From: Fimbriosthenelais zetlandica
Taxonomy: Eukaryota
Assembly (NCBI GenBank): GCA_977030845.1
Contig: OZ365109.1
Location: 23,808,001-23,872,000 of the forward strand
Length of the DNA: 64,000 nt
Reading direction: 5' to 3'
The notes below the pieces were generated by a model. It was not told the DNA's origin. It worked only from the letters and a program-made list of their open reading frames with translations, and did no database searches. Of this stretch, positions 11,617 to 24,484 are shown in pieces (the first letter of the stretch is position 1; each line of letters begins with the position of its first letter). The translations under genes were made by a program, and so were the position numbers.

Positions 11617-13952
11617 CTAGTCACTATCACTACTCGATTCACTAAGTCTTAAATCTTCACCTGAAATACAATAAACAAAACAAATTTAAGAAAGAATTTA
11701 ACAAATGCAACCTAATATCGCGACGTGGGGGAAACACGCTGTCGGCTCTCCATGGTCAAATTATTTGTATCATTCCTTTGATTCGAACCAAGTGGAGGCC
11801 ATTTTATTGGAAACCCCATTGGAAAAGAGCAAAATATACCATATAGTCAAGACTTCGTGATTCACTTTTCCATGTTAAACATACCAATGTACCATTATTT
11901 ACAATAATTTACATGTACTTCCGGGGTTTCACCAATGAACTGGAAAACAAAATCTGTGAAAAAAAATTACCACAAAAATGTTTGAGTTATGGGATTGTAT
12001 TGTTTTTGTTAGTTTAAGCTCTGCAAATGTCATAAATGTTTCTGTTTTGAGTAGATTTAATTTTCCGGTTGATCTGAGTTTGGTTTAGTCGATAGCATGG
12101 CATGCAAACAGTGTACTGAAGTGCAAGGCGGACCATGTCATTTCCAGGATTCCGGGAAGAGTTAAATTTCACTTCCAGAGAACCCTTCTCCAGGTGTTCT
12201 CCTAGCAACTCCAGTGAGTCGTTACAGACTTTTGCACTCAACAACGGATAAAATTGGACTAGGGTTCTTTGCAATCATTTCCAAAGTAGTTTCCCTTGCT
12301 TTTTATAAAATTCAATTTCAATGTGTTTTCAGTATAATTGGAGAAAATTTGGCTATAGGGAGGAAGCCCAATCGAACAGGAAAATGGCGTTTCTAGAAGT
12401 TATCTGAGGTGTTTTTTTAAAGTGTATATCTTAGTCTAGCCCAGGAGCCTCTTACTGGAAACTTAGCTTATCTAATGGAAAGAGTAAAGGGCCATCTCCA
12501 CATTCCCGATTTTAAGTCTGATTTTGGTCATATCGAGATCGGTCATTCCCCCCACTCCACCGCCCCCCCCCCCCCCCTCCCCCCCCCCCCCCCCCACCAG
12601 CAGATTATAAATTCGCCGATTATTTAAGGTAGGCCTAAACATTAATCTTCTTTTTTTCAAATGAGCCAAGGATCCAGTTCCATCTGCACGGTTCGGATAA
12701 TCTATTGGTTTTCCTCGAGATAAACTGTTGGGAGAGATTAAGTATTTGGTTTGACATGCAGGATAAACGCAGTGAGGTATCAGACTGGACGAATTCCTAG
12801 CATTCATTCTTCGGGGGCGAGACAGACATTTTTCCCTCATCTGATAAAAGTACACCTCTGCCAAGTGATTGGAGTGATTTTTATGACGTGAAATTGGTAC
12901 AAACGCCAGTCAACGGATTTTCCATTTTCCAAGGGGGATCAGTTTTGAAAGTGCCAGGGTCGTGGCCATGTCTTACAAGCCTTGAAGGCATAGCCTAACG
13001 GAAATAATTAAGAAACATTAGTTTTTTGCTGTAATTACGGTAAAACCTTCGTTATGTCTTGAAAAGAACAGACAAGAGCGTTTTTGCGGAGGCGCTCATG
13101 ATACAGGTGACTTTTTTATGATACAGGTGACTGTTTACCGACGCACCCGCCCTGGTATCTCTCTTTCTGCACTGCTAGCCGAGAGAGTGTGCCTAAATCA
13201 AGCGTTCGCATAGCGTACGATTGGAAAATCTAATCGGCGAGATCGATTGCTGGCGTTTTTTTCAGAGAAAAACCTAAGCAACCGGAGGCGTTCACAGTCT
13301 GTTCCAGCCATGAACATTCTCTCACGTTCCTCATGTATTCTATAATAGCCTTTATGATCTCACTGTTAACTTATATTAATGAGGAATATCAGCAGATTTA
13401 CATCTCAGAAACCTGGTAGACATACCGGAAAGATGGAATGAAGAATGTAGGTCTGAGTGGTATGGAGGTATGGGGGTACAGGGTACTGCATGAGAGGTTA
13501 GGGGTTCATACAAGTGATAGGTATAGAGAGAGCAGGTATCTCCTCTTTGTCCAGTTTGTGAGAGCAGCTCTCAGTGGCTCACTCCATTCACCTCAGGCAG
13601 AGAGATTGGTATTTACTCACCATGCAGTCAGTGGCTGGGAGTAATTTATCACTCTACGGTGAGGTATGGGTGAGAGGAGTGGGTGAACGAGTATGGTCCC
13701 CCTTCCATCCACCAGCTGGGTACACACTCACAGAGAAAAACACAGCGAGAAAAAACACATACACACAGGCCCGGGCAACCGCACACCCATACATAATTCA
13801 GAGACAACCCAAAACTCAGATAGAAAGGCGGGGAAAAAACATATATATTCCGAGGAAAAGTATACGTACAGACACTTGTCTGTAAGTTAAAACAAATCAT
13901 TCATAAGCACACAAAACATACACTGAAAAGCAGATAACACGTCCATCGTTAT

Positions 13953-14034
<82 letters not shown>

Positions 14035-17000
14035 GAGAGAGAATCTGAGAGAGAGGGAAGGAGAGAGATGAAGGGATGCGGAGGGAAGGAGGATGAGGAT
14101 ATATATAGAGCAATGAGACTCAGAGAGAAAGCGAGGGAGGAAAAGACTTTGATTCGTAAATGAACAATACAAAATTGATTTAATAATGAATAATAAGGGA
14201 CAAAGTTATTTAATCTGATAAGGAGATAATTTTGTAGACATCATAATTATGTCCATGACAAAAGATGAAATAACAAAGATAGGGGGAAAGAAGATAGGTT
14301 GGGACAGTGAATTGGGAAGAGGGGGGAAGTGAGAAAAGAGGGTACAACGGGGAGGGAGAAGGGAAGGGGAGAGAACTCATTTGAGAGAGAGGGGGGAAAG
14401 GAGAGAGATTAAGGGCAGGGGAGAGAAACTCAGAAATAGGTGTGAAAGAGTACGACTCAGAGTGAGAGCAGCAACAGCCCCGCCTCCTCCTTCTCCCTCT
14501 CCTTCTCCTCGCCCTCCTCCCTATCCTCATTTCTCTCCCAGACCAGTGGAGTTGACGCGAGCTGGCAGGTCGCACGTCCCTACATAACTTCTACCTCCGC
14601 CACCCGCCTATCCTTCACTTCCTACCTGGCAACTCAACACTCCATTACCAATCAATTGAATCTGAGGAATTTCACAAGACACTAAAATTGTGAAATCTAT
14701 CATTCCTAAAGCAAGAAAGCGAATTTCTTAAAAAAAAACCTGAACAGAATACCAGTGGACATTTTATCCCTCAGGGAATTAACCAGTGGCAAGTTTCCCT
14801 CCTGTGGATGATGGGATTTGTAAGACACGGCATAGCTAACCGATTTCTCGGCTAGTACATCTTGGCATGTGTAACATTTCACCTTTGGGAGGTATTTGAG
14901 GACCCAACAACTTCTGAGTAAGAATGAAGAGGAACACGTTTTTGGGTGATTAATCTTGCTGCAGAAGGTGGCAGAGCTGATATGAATGAACTGAGATGGA
15001 ATTGAACTATAGTGAGTGAAAGACTGGGACTGTAGCATTATAGCAAAATCAAAGGGCATTCCATCCATACTGCAAATACGATTAGTATCCATTGCTTAGG
15101 AAATTTTCATTCCTAGGCTTCATCAAATACTGTGTTAACACTACACTAATAGACCAAGCGTGTTGATAGAGTCGAGACGTGAAAGGAGTTATAGGGAGAC
15201 CTGGAAAGACATAATTCATAACAGAAACTGGCCGAGGAAAAAAGCTCTCAGTGATTAAACATCTCAAAGGTCGAAGAGGTGCGGTCCTAGCAAGAACAGT
15301 GGAATTTATCTTGTGCATCCGAAGGACGGTTAATGAAAAGGCATTTATCAGAGGAAGGAAAACAATTGAAGAACTAAATGAACAGGGGATGTGGCAGTGA
15401 ACGTGCCAACAAGGATGGAGGTGTTGCGATTACGTAGCAAAAGCTCAATGATCCTTTTTGAGCAGCTGTAGTAAGGATAAGTACTTCATTTTTGTTTAAT
15501 TCTTAATTGGACCGAAAGATAGGGCCGACAAACAAGATATTGTGAATATATTTTAACAAGGATCAGAATAGGTCCTCAAAACTGGCACTTTGGTTTCAAA
15601 AAGCCAAGGCAAGCAAGTGTCCAAAAAGTGTCAAGATACAACGTTATCAATACAAGGAGTTGGAACTTTTGTGGGATCTTGACAAATGTTCTCAAGAATG
15701 ACTCAGCGTCCTTTTGACCTACTACTACCAACGTCATGTCGTACGTCACGAACCCCTCCAATACTGATACGGTGATAGCGTCGTTAAGAAGGAAATAGCA
15801 AGGTTGTCATGGAAACATTCAGTGCAAATGAACCCCCATGGACAGGAACAGGGAGAGGAGACAGAAAGGAGAACGCTACTACTGTCCCTGATGCACCATC
15901 CATTATTATAGTCCTCGAAGCAGCTCTGATGGTTTTGATTCTCGTGGAAAATGGCTTGATTATATTTTGCTTCCTCAAGAACCAGAAGCTAAGACGGAAC
16001 ATCACTAATTATTATCTAATCCAGCTGACCCTTTCAGACTTTTTCACTGGGTTGTTCACGGGTTTTCACATAGCTGTGCAGGTTAACCCAACTCTGCTGA
16101 CACTGGAATATGCCTGCCTGGCTCGCTACTGTAGTATGATGCTCGTTTGTTCCATATCTCTGTTCTCCATCCTTTTAATAACTTATGACCGTTTCGTCGC
16201 TATTTTCAGGCCTTTCTTTTACAGAAGCCATGTAAGCAAGAAACGAGTGATTACTAAGTGTCTTATAATTTATGTCTTTCCCATAATCGTGTGTCTCATT
16301 GTACCTCTGGTTTGGAGAAAGAACCTGAATGACAAACAATGCCTCATGATCTTTGTGTTTCCATTTGAATACCTAGCCTATATGATCACCCCTATGTATT
16401 TAGCAACTGTTATATTTAAGTTTTCAATGTACATTGTCATCTTCAACGAAATGGCCAAGCGTTATGACAGGGCCAAGAAGATGGTGCAGAACAGATCGAG
16501 GCAGTCCATAGAACAATTAGAGAGAATCTCGAGGAGTACAATTGCCCTGACAAAAACGGGAGCCATGGTTCTTGTCAGTTTCACTTTGTGCTGGACGCCT
16601 TTCTTTGTTCATTTAATAATCCAACTGGTTGGAGTAAAATTTAGTGTCACCTTAGCCAACACCATAAGCTTGGCCACTTTCATGATGATCCTTTTAAATT
16701 CAGCTCTTAACCCTGTTATTTATGTCTTGAGACTTCCCTACTTCTGGAACGAGCTGAAGAGGGTTATTTGTAAAAACTCAGCCGTGGATGAGCCTGAGAG
16801 GGGAGGGAGTCTATGGGATAACCACCCTGGGGGGACTCCTCGCTACAGAGGGTCCCTAGATCGATGTGGGATATACTTTCTGCATTCCAGGAGTGTCCTC
16901 CACAGAGGGAGGATGGCTAACAGACTGAGGGACAAAAGGAGACAGTCAGGCGAAACCTTGCTCTCGTATAGAAAGAGATCAGACGAGAGTGTAGAGTCTT

Positions 17001-19099
17001 ACCAGTTTCTATGGCAACAACAAACTTTGGCTTTAGTTCGCGAGGGCCAGTGTCGAGATATGATGCAGAGGTCCCTCAGCTGTCCTCCGCCGGTTATGGA
17101 ATATGATCTTAACATGTACAAGTTGGAAAGAGACAAGAGAGAGTCCACTAAAAGTGGTAGACAATCCCCAGGAGAAATCTTTCTCTCAGTGCTTTGAGTA
17201 ACTGTATTAGCCTATACCATCTCAGCAATGCTTTGGTGAATGAAATTCAGGCGAAAAGTTAACATTTGTCCTAATTAAGGGTTAGGTGGGTTGTTTCTCA
17301 AGTTATATGAATATGAACAATGAACAGTGTGTGTGCTCTCGGTTACAAGTTTGTACACCTTGATCTTAATTCCGGAGCGAGATACGAAATGTGAGTGCTA
17401 ACACCTGTAACTGGAAGTAACTGCTTCAGCTCTTGATTTGAAATGAGCAGGAGCAATTCAGCAGTATATTCTTAGAAGAAAGGGGGACAGAATATTAGTG
17501 TAAATATTATTTTATACAATAGTGTGATATGAATATTATTTGAATACAGTTATTTGTATATTTATGTGGTGTACAAGGAATATTTACTTTCCCTTTTCTT
17601 TCAGACTTGTTATTACATAAACCAAATTTGAACGAATATACTTAATATTCCCTGAAGGAAATTGAGTTAAAATGATGTGGTATAAAATGAGTCAGTGATG
17701 ATTATTCTGTGATATTGGTAGGCCGAATCAGTTTAACTGAAAATGTTGACAATGTCAGACGAATAAATTAAGAATTCAAATTTTATCCTCTTTGGTTTCC
17801 AAGTCTTTATGCATCCCAGAAGTATTTATATATAGGGATGTTAAATTATCATTTTCCTTGTTTTAATATTTATGTGATTCAAGAAACAGGGAATTGTATT
17901 AATAGGGGGCAAGAGATATCATTCTAATAACCAAAAATAGGCCAAGTGCATAACAACTTCCTCTATGGCTGTTTGACAGCCAACAAATCAAGTATTGCTA
18001 AATAATTTGGGCCATAGTTTTTCGACAGGCTTATAATTTTGGATTAAAAAAAAATTGAAACGAATTTGGATTGTAACAAAATAAATTGTAAATATACCAG
18101 CCGTACTTACTTAACATACTAACAAAGCGGTTTCGACCATGGGGCTGAGTCCTTTGCTGGGGAATATTCTGAGTTTCTTGCATAGGTTCTGGGAAACCAG
18201 TTGGCATACTAAGGACTTCTTTCGCAGGACCTGTAAGTGATAAAAATCAGTCCTCAAGCTGGAAATTTGGGATCAAGGGCTCCAATGAATTATGAGCTTT
18301 ACTATTGTTTTAGTATTTTCAAAAACTTTTAATAATAATTCAAAATCAGGAATTATACCCGAGTAGAAATTTAAGTATGCTCACTAGACTTGGTAGCTTC
18401 CTCATCATCGCTGGAATCTGAGCTGGATGCTTCCCCACTCTCTGAGCCCGAGGTGCTCATCATCCTCACAGGCGAGCCTGAAATCAATTTTATTAAATTT
18501 AAATTATTCTAGATAGTTTTCCTACAAAATATCAGGTTTAAAAAGCTGCAGCAAATATTTAGTAATATTGTCCCAGACTAAAAACATTAGCAATACTAAC
18601 ATTCTGAGACTTTTCCCATGATTTGTAGGCTTGAACTTGAACCAAACAAATTACACATGGAACTGGAAAAAGTTTTCTATAATCTATCTTGGAACATTTT
18701 ATTTCATCTCGAGTTTATTACCACCATAATCACCTCTCAGCCTTGACTAATAATAGGTTTATCCATTTTAGTACAATACTCCGACTTCATTGCAGCGAAT
18801 TATGGTCGCAATAATTCACCGCGATTTCAAGCAATAATTTACAGAGACCACCAAATCAGTGTACTAATCAATTATAACCAGTGGGGGGGGACCAAAAACA
18901 TTTTCTTTCTACATCTGAAAAACCTGTTCCACACGAATATTGAGATCGCATTTTACCTGAGTCCTGAGGTTGTGTCTTTACAGGCGAGTTAGAGACAGCT
19001 TTCTTTGGTTGGGACTGGTGACCAGAAGAAGGAGTGCTCTGAGATGACTGAGGTGTGCTTTGGCTTGAGTGAGAAGAAGACTGAGACTGCTGCTGCTGC

Positions 19100-19136
<37 letters not shown>

Positions 19137-22100
19137 GCTGTTGCTGTTGTTGTTGTTTCTTTGACTTTTTGTTGGGCGAACTTTTCATCTGCTTTAATTG
19201 TTCTGAGGGTGTGAGTGGACGTGCGGCCTGTTGGCTGGCTTTACTACTACCTTCAATTCTGGTACATAGAACGAATGAGAAACAATATATAAATATAAGC
19301 TATTTATATCTTTGCAAGAAAATCATATCACAAAATCATCTGAGATGTGATTTTGAAAAGTAAAATTACAGTAGGTTTCATAATAAGTAGATCTACTTTA
19401 TAGATTACAATGACTTGAGAACTTTTCTGGAATATTCAAAAATGGGAGTTTTTTCCACTAAGTTAATACACTAGTGGGAATTTAAGGGCATACAATTGGG
19501 GGAATTTGAGGAGTATCATACGTAATGTGGGCACCCCGAAATGCCTAAACATCAAAAAACTTCCATCCCCGAATATTTAACATATTCCATGCTACTATTG
19601 ATAGCACAGCACAGACAACAACTACTAAACACTATCTAACAAAAATTCAATTTGTTAAATGTCAATTTTGTAGTTTATGGCTGATACCCCAATAAAGCAC
19701 CTGTTGCTCTTCCATCATAAGTTAGACTTGGCTTTCTCTGAGTGACAAACTTATAAAACCTGCAGTAATGTTTACCAGGAACTGTAGAAATTTTGGAATT
19801 CATTCTGGCTGCCCTAATACAACACCTGTTGCTTTTCCCATACCCTATCAGGCCACAACAGTACAATGGTCCCCTAAATCTGCCCAGGAAGTAGGTTCAG
19901 GAGTAGTACGGTGAGTAGGCAATAAATAAAGCTGGAAAGCAATAAGCCTGGACGGTAGTATTCATGGCCATAGATGGTCATACCTAGGAGGAGACATGGG
20001 TTGATTTATAGACACCCAACTCCCAAGAAGCTCCCAAGGTCTGTTTCTTAAATATCTGTAACGGATCATGTGGTAGAAGGTGGGCAAGGCTGGGGGTGGA
20101 TCAGGTGGGGGGGCTAGATGGACTGTACAGACGTTCTTGATTTCTCAATGGAAAAGTTGGCGGTTAGAGATTTATCAGAATTTGTTTTATTGATTGGGGT
20201 TCCAGAGAGGTTTTTGAGTAGAGTAGGAGGCTGGTTCTTGGTAAGGCATGGCTAGTTTCTTGATTTGGAGTGAGCAATCTTTCGTCAGGAAATAATGGAA
20301 TTTCCTGTTTCTGGGAATCTCAAAAGGATTTGGGATGATTTACCTAATGCAGTAGAAATGGGGAGGGAAATATCCTAAGCTACATCCCTCTTCCCAAGAA
20401 CATTTTATGCACCTTGGCAACAAGTCATATTATGTTGTAATTACAACGCTAACTATTATACATGTATAATGTATCTAGATAGACATTGGTTCAAGGAATT
20501 CATTCGAAAATTATTACTGTAGATGAAAATAGCAATGGATATGTACAATCAAGTGACAGACATTCCATGTAAAAATGAATACTTTTATTGGTTCTCACGG
20601 AAAGCGTTTTTTGAAGTTCAAATTTGGAGTTATAGTGTCCGCTTATAATCGTGAGAATATGGACCATTCATCTTTGTTCAAATAAATCATTTTCCTCAAA
20701 GTGAGGTGTAACTCTTCAAAGGACCTTGATGTTAATTAATCACAATTATTATCGGGAAGCTCCAAATTGTTATATTTTCATTTTCTCAAATATTTTTTTA
20801 TCAGATCTTTTCTATTCCTCATAATTTCCCGAAATTCGTTAGTTCACAATTGTTTGCACAGTTTTTGCTTGTTTTCACATTTCTTTTCGCATTTTGAATT
20901 CTCTAATTTTCCTTACAGTTCATGAGTAATAATAAAGACATCACACACGAATGCTTCGCAGGAAAACAAGATCTACTGTTTCAATATCACAGACTGTCAT
21001 GTAAAAGTTAAATATTTAACACAGATACAAATTTTCAGACATAAATACATGGCTAGATTTCTAGAACAGACACATGCACAGTTGTAGCGCAGCAACCTTC
21101 AAGTACCAGATTTATCACAGACGAAAGTCAATCAACTTTGTAGTTCTAGAGTGTTACGACCAATTTTCAAGGGCTACATGTATATATGCTAGGAGGGAAA
21201 GGCCCTCTCGTATTTTACTGACAAATTGGTCACATGACAGAAACATTGAAAGGTGAAAATTCGGAAACTGCCTGAAATTATACAACTACTGCGGTAAGCA
21301 GGGCTAAATATTTTAGAGTTCATTTTTGTCATTCTAAATAATTGACAAAAGTTTGTATAATTATGATATTTTACTCCTTCAGACAAAGAAATCAGTAAAA
21401 AAAAATCTCAAAAGATATGTGAATTCTAGGAGACAGAGCAGGCGACATAAAATGACCTGTGTGTATTATGTAGTGAGTATTTTCTGTTCACTATGCTATA
21501 GGTCATGTGCTCCGCTTCTGGTGTAACTCATATTTTTCGATGATGAAATCACTTAAATCTTCCAGTCTTTGCAAACGTCCATACATTTCACCGGTACCTG
21601 TTAGAAATTCTGAATATTTTCCACACAAATAGGGCAAGAGTTCATCCATCGCACTATCAGGTAAGTTTATCCTCGTCTTGGCTTTATTATACAGTTCTGG
21701 ATGTTTCTCTTTGAATTCTTCCAGTCCAGATATTGAGCTTACATATGGCCTTCTATTACGTTCTAACGTATGATCATTGAGGAATTGTAAGATTTCACTA
21801 TGAATACCTTCACAATAGGTAACTAAGTGCACGCCCTTATATTCTTGGTCTGTTCTGGATTTCTTCTTTCTTTTCTTAGACACAATGAGCTTTGTATCTT
21901 TTGACGTATCTCTCTTCTTAGAATTTTGTGTCTTCACAACCGGCTGGGAGCTGGGGTCAATTTTGTTTTCCAAAACTTTTTGGAGTGAATAACTCAGGGA
22001 ATTCTCTTCCCAGTTTAGCGATCTGTATCCCCCAAGATCCGGTAAAGTTTCCGGTGACAGGGAACAATTTTCAAATTCTGTCTTCAACATATCTTCGTTC

Positions 22101-24068
22101 TTTTGCTCAGATGGGGATTTTTCCTTTCTTTTCTTTCTATCGTTGTGGTTCGAATCTTTTGGCTTGGGGTTCTGTCCCTTCACCAACTCATGGGAACTAA
22201 GATCAGTTATGTCTTCCTCAACGGTTTGGCTTGTATTTTTCCCAGAATTGTATTTTAAGTTTATTGTCTTTACATCTCCAATATCTGGCAAAGTGTCGGG
22301 TGAGAGAGAACAATTTGTATTTTTTTCAAAGATATCTTTATTCGGGTCCTCCCTTTTGCTTTCCATATCAAAATTTCCTAAAGGATTCAGGTCTGATTCA
22401 CACTTCCCATCTGTGCTGCTAGAAGAAATTCCATTTTCAAGAGATCCCGATTTCGATTTTTCGGCAGGGGCAAATTTCTGACGAACCTCGGGCCAAATTT
22501 CAGGTAGCACTTCCGATGAATTAGTTTGGATGTTTTTTATTTCGTGTGTTTTTGAATTGGATTTCCTTCCAATTCTGATGGGAAGAGCGGCCAAGTTTCT
22601 GGAAACAGATTGTAACCAGAGCTAATCTTTGGCCCTTTGTAAGTTAGTGATATATTAATTTCTTTGCAGATGTTTTTACCTCTTGATGTAAACGCTATGA
22701 GACACACTTCTTGGGCTTTATCAAATGTGAACATTGGGACAAATATTAAGATGGATGAATGAAGAGTGATCATGTCACACTTCCAGAACTAATGTTTAAT
22801 CCAAAACATTGGACTCCAGGTAGGTGCCAAAATTTTCAAAATCTTGGCAAAGCTGTGGAATCAGCCAACTAAATAATGCACGGGCAGAAGTCAGTGTAAA
22901 ACAAAATTTGAAACTTATTGATCAAAATAAAATGGAATAATTTTCAAAGATTATAACTTTCCTTGACATAGTATTAGGCCAACAGGTTAAGAAATGAATA
23001 CGGTACCCGGAATGATACGGTATTCGATTTTAAGAAGTTTTAAACCTAAACATTAAGATAATGTTGCTCACCTTGTCTTTTTAAGTTGGATGGTACTTGA
23101 TAATTTTTCTAGGGATATTTCTCCGGTTTGGTTGTCTATTATAAGGACACACTCTTTTTGGATGGGTCGCTTGTTGCCTTTATATACTGTGTGGGTCGTA
23201 CCTGAACCCTATAAAGATGTGGAAAAAAGTTGAAGGATAAAAAATGGCTAAAAGAATGAGCAAAAATCAATTTGAAATATCGCGGTAGGCCAAATTATGG
23301 CATGGTCTAAACTTTTAAAAATATTAATGTACCTTACGGTATTCAACAAAATAATAAGCCCACCATCTATACATGTATAATTATTGACCCTACTTTGACA
23401 GTACAATGTGATTTGTCGATTAAGTGGGTTTCCTGTGAAATTATATTATTTTTTACTTAATCTAATGATTATTTTTAAATAGAGGCTTTTATACTTACTT
23501 CTATATGTGGAACAGTTACCGAAACCGAATTACTTTCTTCTATGTTCAAAGAGGCCATTTTGGATGGGTCGACAGAGGCAGGCTTAAAGTCATCTAGAAA
23601 GATAAAATAACCTGTATTAATTAGCCGAATTATTTTATAAGCCAATATTAGGATACCAGTAGGCCCCTGGAACAGGTCTACATTTTCATTATTTTTAAAG
23701 TTCATTTTTCAGAAGCTCATTGGCTATACTGTACTGATATATTTTCAGAGTATTTTATTTTCATTAGGCTGATTAGCTTACAATAATCGAATAAAGTGAG
23801 TTTTTGTGTATTGAGTTATTATTATTTATGTCTTTAGATATATTGAGATAGGCTAGGCTCCATTAGATTGTGAACACTTTGTCTGATGAATTTTAACTGT
23901 ATAATAGCTTACACCCATAGCCATGTCATTTTGATCTCTAGGTAATACATGTCATTGGATAGACTACAAACGATACTCACAGCGGATTGAGTGGAAGCTG
24001 CTTCCATGATTAAAACTGCTGCCTAATTTCAACTCTCTTTCCCCATCACCAAACAGATGGTGATCCAT
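11617..24068 (-). CDS. EAF: ELL-associated factor (EAF1/2 family), 7 coding exons
   Basis: Exons 24068-23981, 23593-23499, 23208-23072, 19258-18957, 18477-18385, 18230-18111, 11660-11617; all GT-AG with matching phases. Translation [19 protein letters not shown]...[14 protein letters not shown]...[46 protein letters not shown]...Q23...[10 protein letters not shown]...[13 protein letters not shown] matches the EAF hallmarks (YDFKPAS, KGNKRP, LEKL, C-terminal DLxLSESxSDSD). Confidence 0.95.
13956..14055. repeat. (GA)n microsatellite followed by purine-rich low-complexity DNA to ~14540
   Basis: Directly visible; explains spurious SL/RE-rich ORFs. Confidence 0.95.
15809..17197 (+). CDS. Intronless class A (rhodopsin-like) GPCR, orphan, nested antisense in EAF intron 6
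   Basis: 462-aa ORF with 7 hydrophobic segments, TM1 EN(G), TM2 LxxSD, TM3 C...YDRF, TM6 CWTP, TM7 NPVIY, N-terminal N-glycosylation sequon (NATT) and a long C-tail. Ligand family not assignable. Confidence 0.93.
   Translation: METFSANEPPWTGTGRGDRKENATTVPDAPSIIIVLEAALMVLILVENGLIIFCFLKNQKLRRNITNYYLIQLTLSDFFTGLFTGFHIAVQVNPTLLTLEYACLARYCSMMLVCSISLFSILLITYDRFVAIFRPFFYRSHVSKKRVITKCLIIYVFPIIVCLIVPLVWRKNLNDKQCLMIFVFPFEYLAYMITPMYLATVIFKFSMYIVIFNEMAKRYDRAKKMVQNRSRQSIEQLERISRSTIALTKTGAMVLVSFTLCWTPFFVHLIIQLVGVKFSVTLANTISLATFMMILLNSALNPVIYVLRLPYFWNELKRVICKNSAVDEPERGGSLWDNHPGGTPRYRGSLDRCGIYFLHSRSVLHRGRMANRLRDKRRQSGETLLSYRKRSDESVESYQFLWQQQTLALVREGQCRDMMQRSLSCPPPVMEYDLNMYKLERDKRESTKSGRQSPGEIFLSVL
21503..22598 (-). 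CDS. Large orphan coding exon inside EAF intron 3 (candidate alternative terminal exon of EAF)
   Basis: Stop-free frame of ~365 codons in AT-rich DNA; the track start is TTG, not ATG; acceptor atctgtttccAG ends at 22599 and the first base completes a phase-2 codon; contains basic NLS-like runs and a duplicated NCSLSP[D/E]TLPD[I/L]G motif. Confidence 0.7.
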
Positions 24069-24484
24069 TGTCAATGATGATGTATACAGGGAGTAAACTT
24101 CTAGTTAGAAAAATCTTGAATATGAGTTCTAAAATGACACGTTTCCCTCATAACATATGGCCGGGCTTCCACTTTTTCCAGATCTTCGAGTTCTTTCCCT
24201 TCACACCGGAAATAGCTGACAACCAGTTACAACGCAGATATAATTTCTTTGATGATGGACATGGTATTTGCCTCTTTAAATAAGTTGATACCACAAAAAG
24301 CATTCAAATCATCTCACTTGAAAACTATGTGTAGTAAACTTCAGAATTTGTTAACCCAAGGTAAAAATCATGACTAAAATATGCCAGAGGTCTCTACCGG
24401 AAATAAAATCTGTGCTGACTGATGGATGTTTTGCCATTTTCGGTAGACAACTCTCGAGAGAGAGACCTTTCGCACCCGGAATTG

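Noticed and set aside
12563-12597. Poly(C) run (and poly(G) at ~47059-47085) as G-quadruplex regulators
   Set aside because: Simple homopolymers whose length is unreliable in assemblies; nothing links them to function.
13438-14587. ORFs rich in SL, RE, RG or Pro repeats
   Set aside because: Translations of (GA)n and purine-rich low-complexity DNA.
21503-21850. Idea that the orphan exon C-terminus is an Occludin/ELL domain (an EAF-ELL fusion)
   Set aside because: The conserved ELL C-terminal pattern (QR..YK..F..EY.EY ... RC.YL..KL.HIK) is not present.
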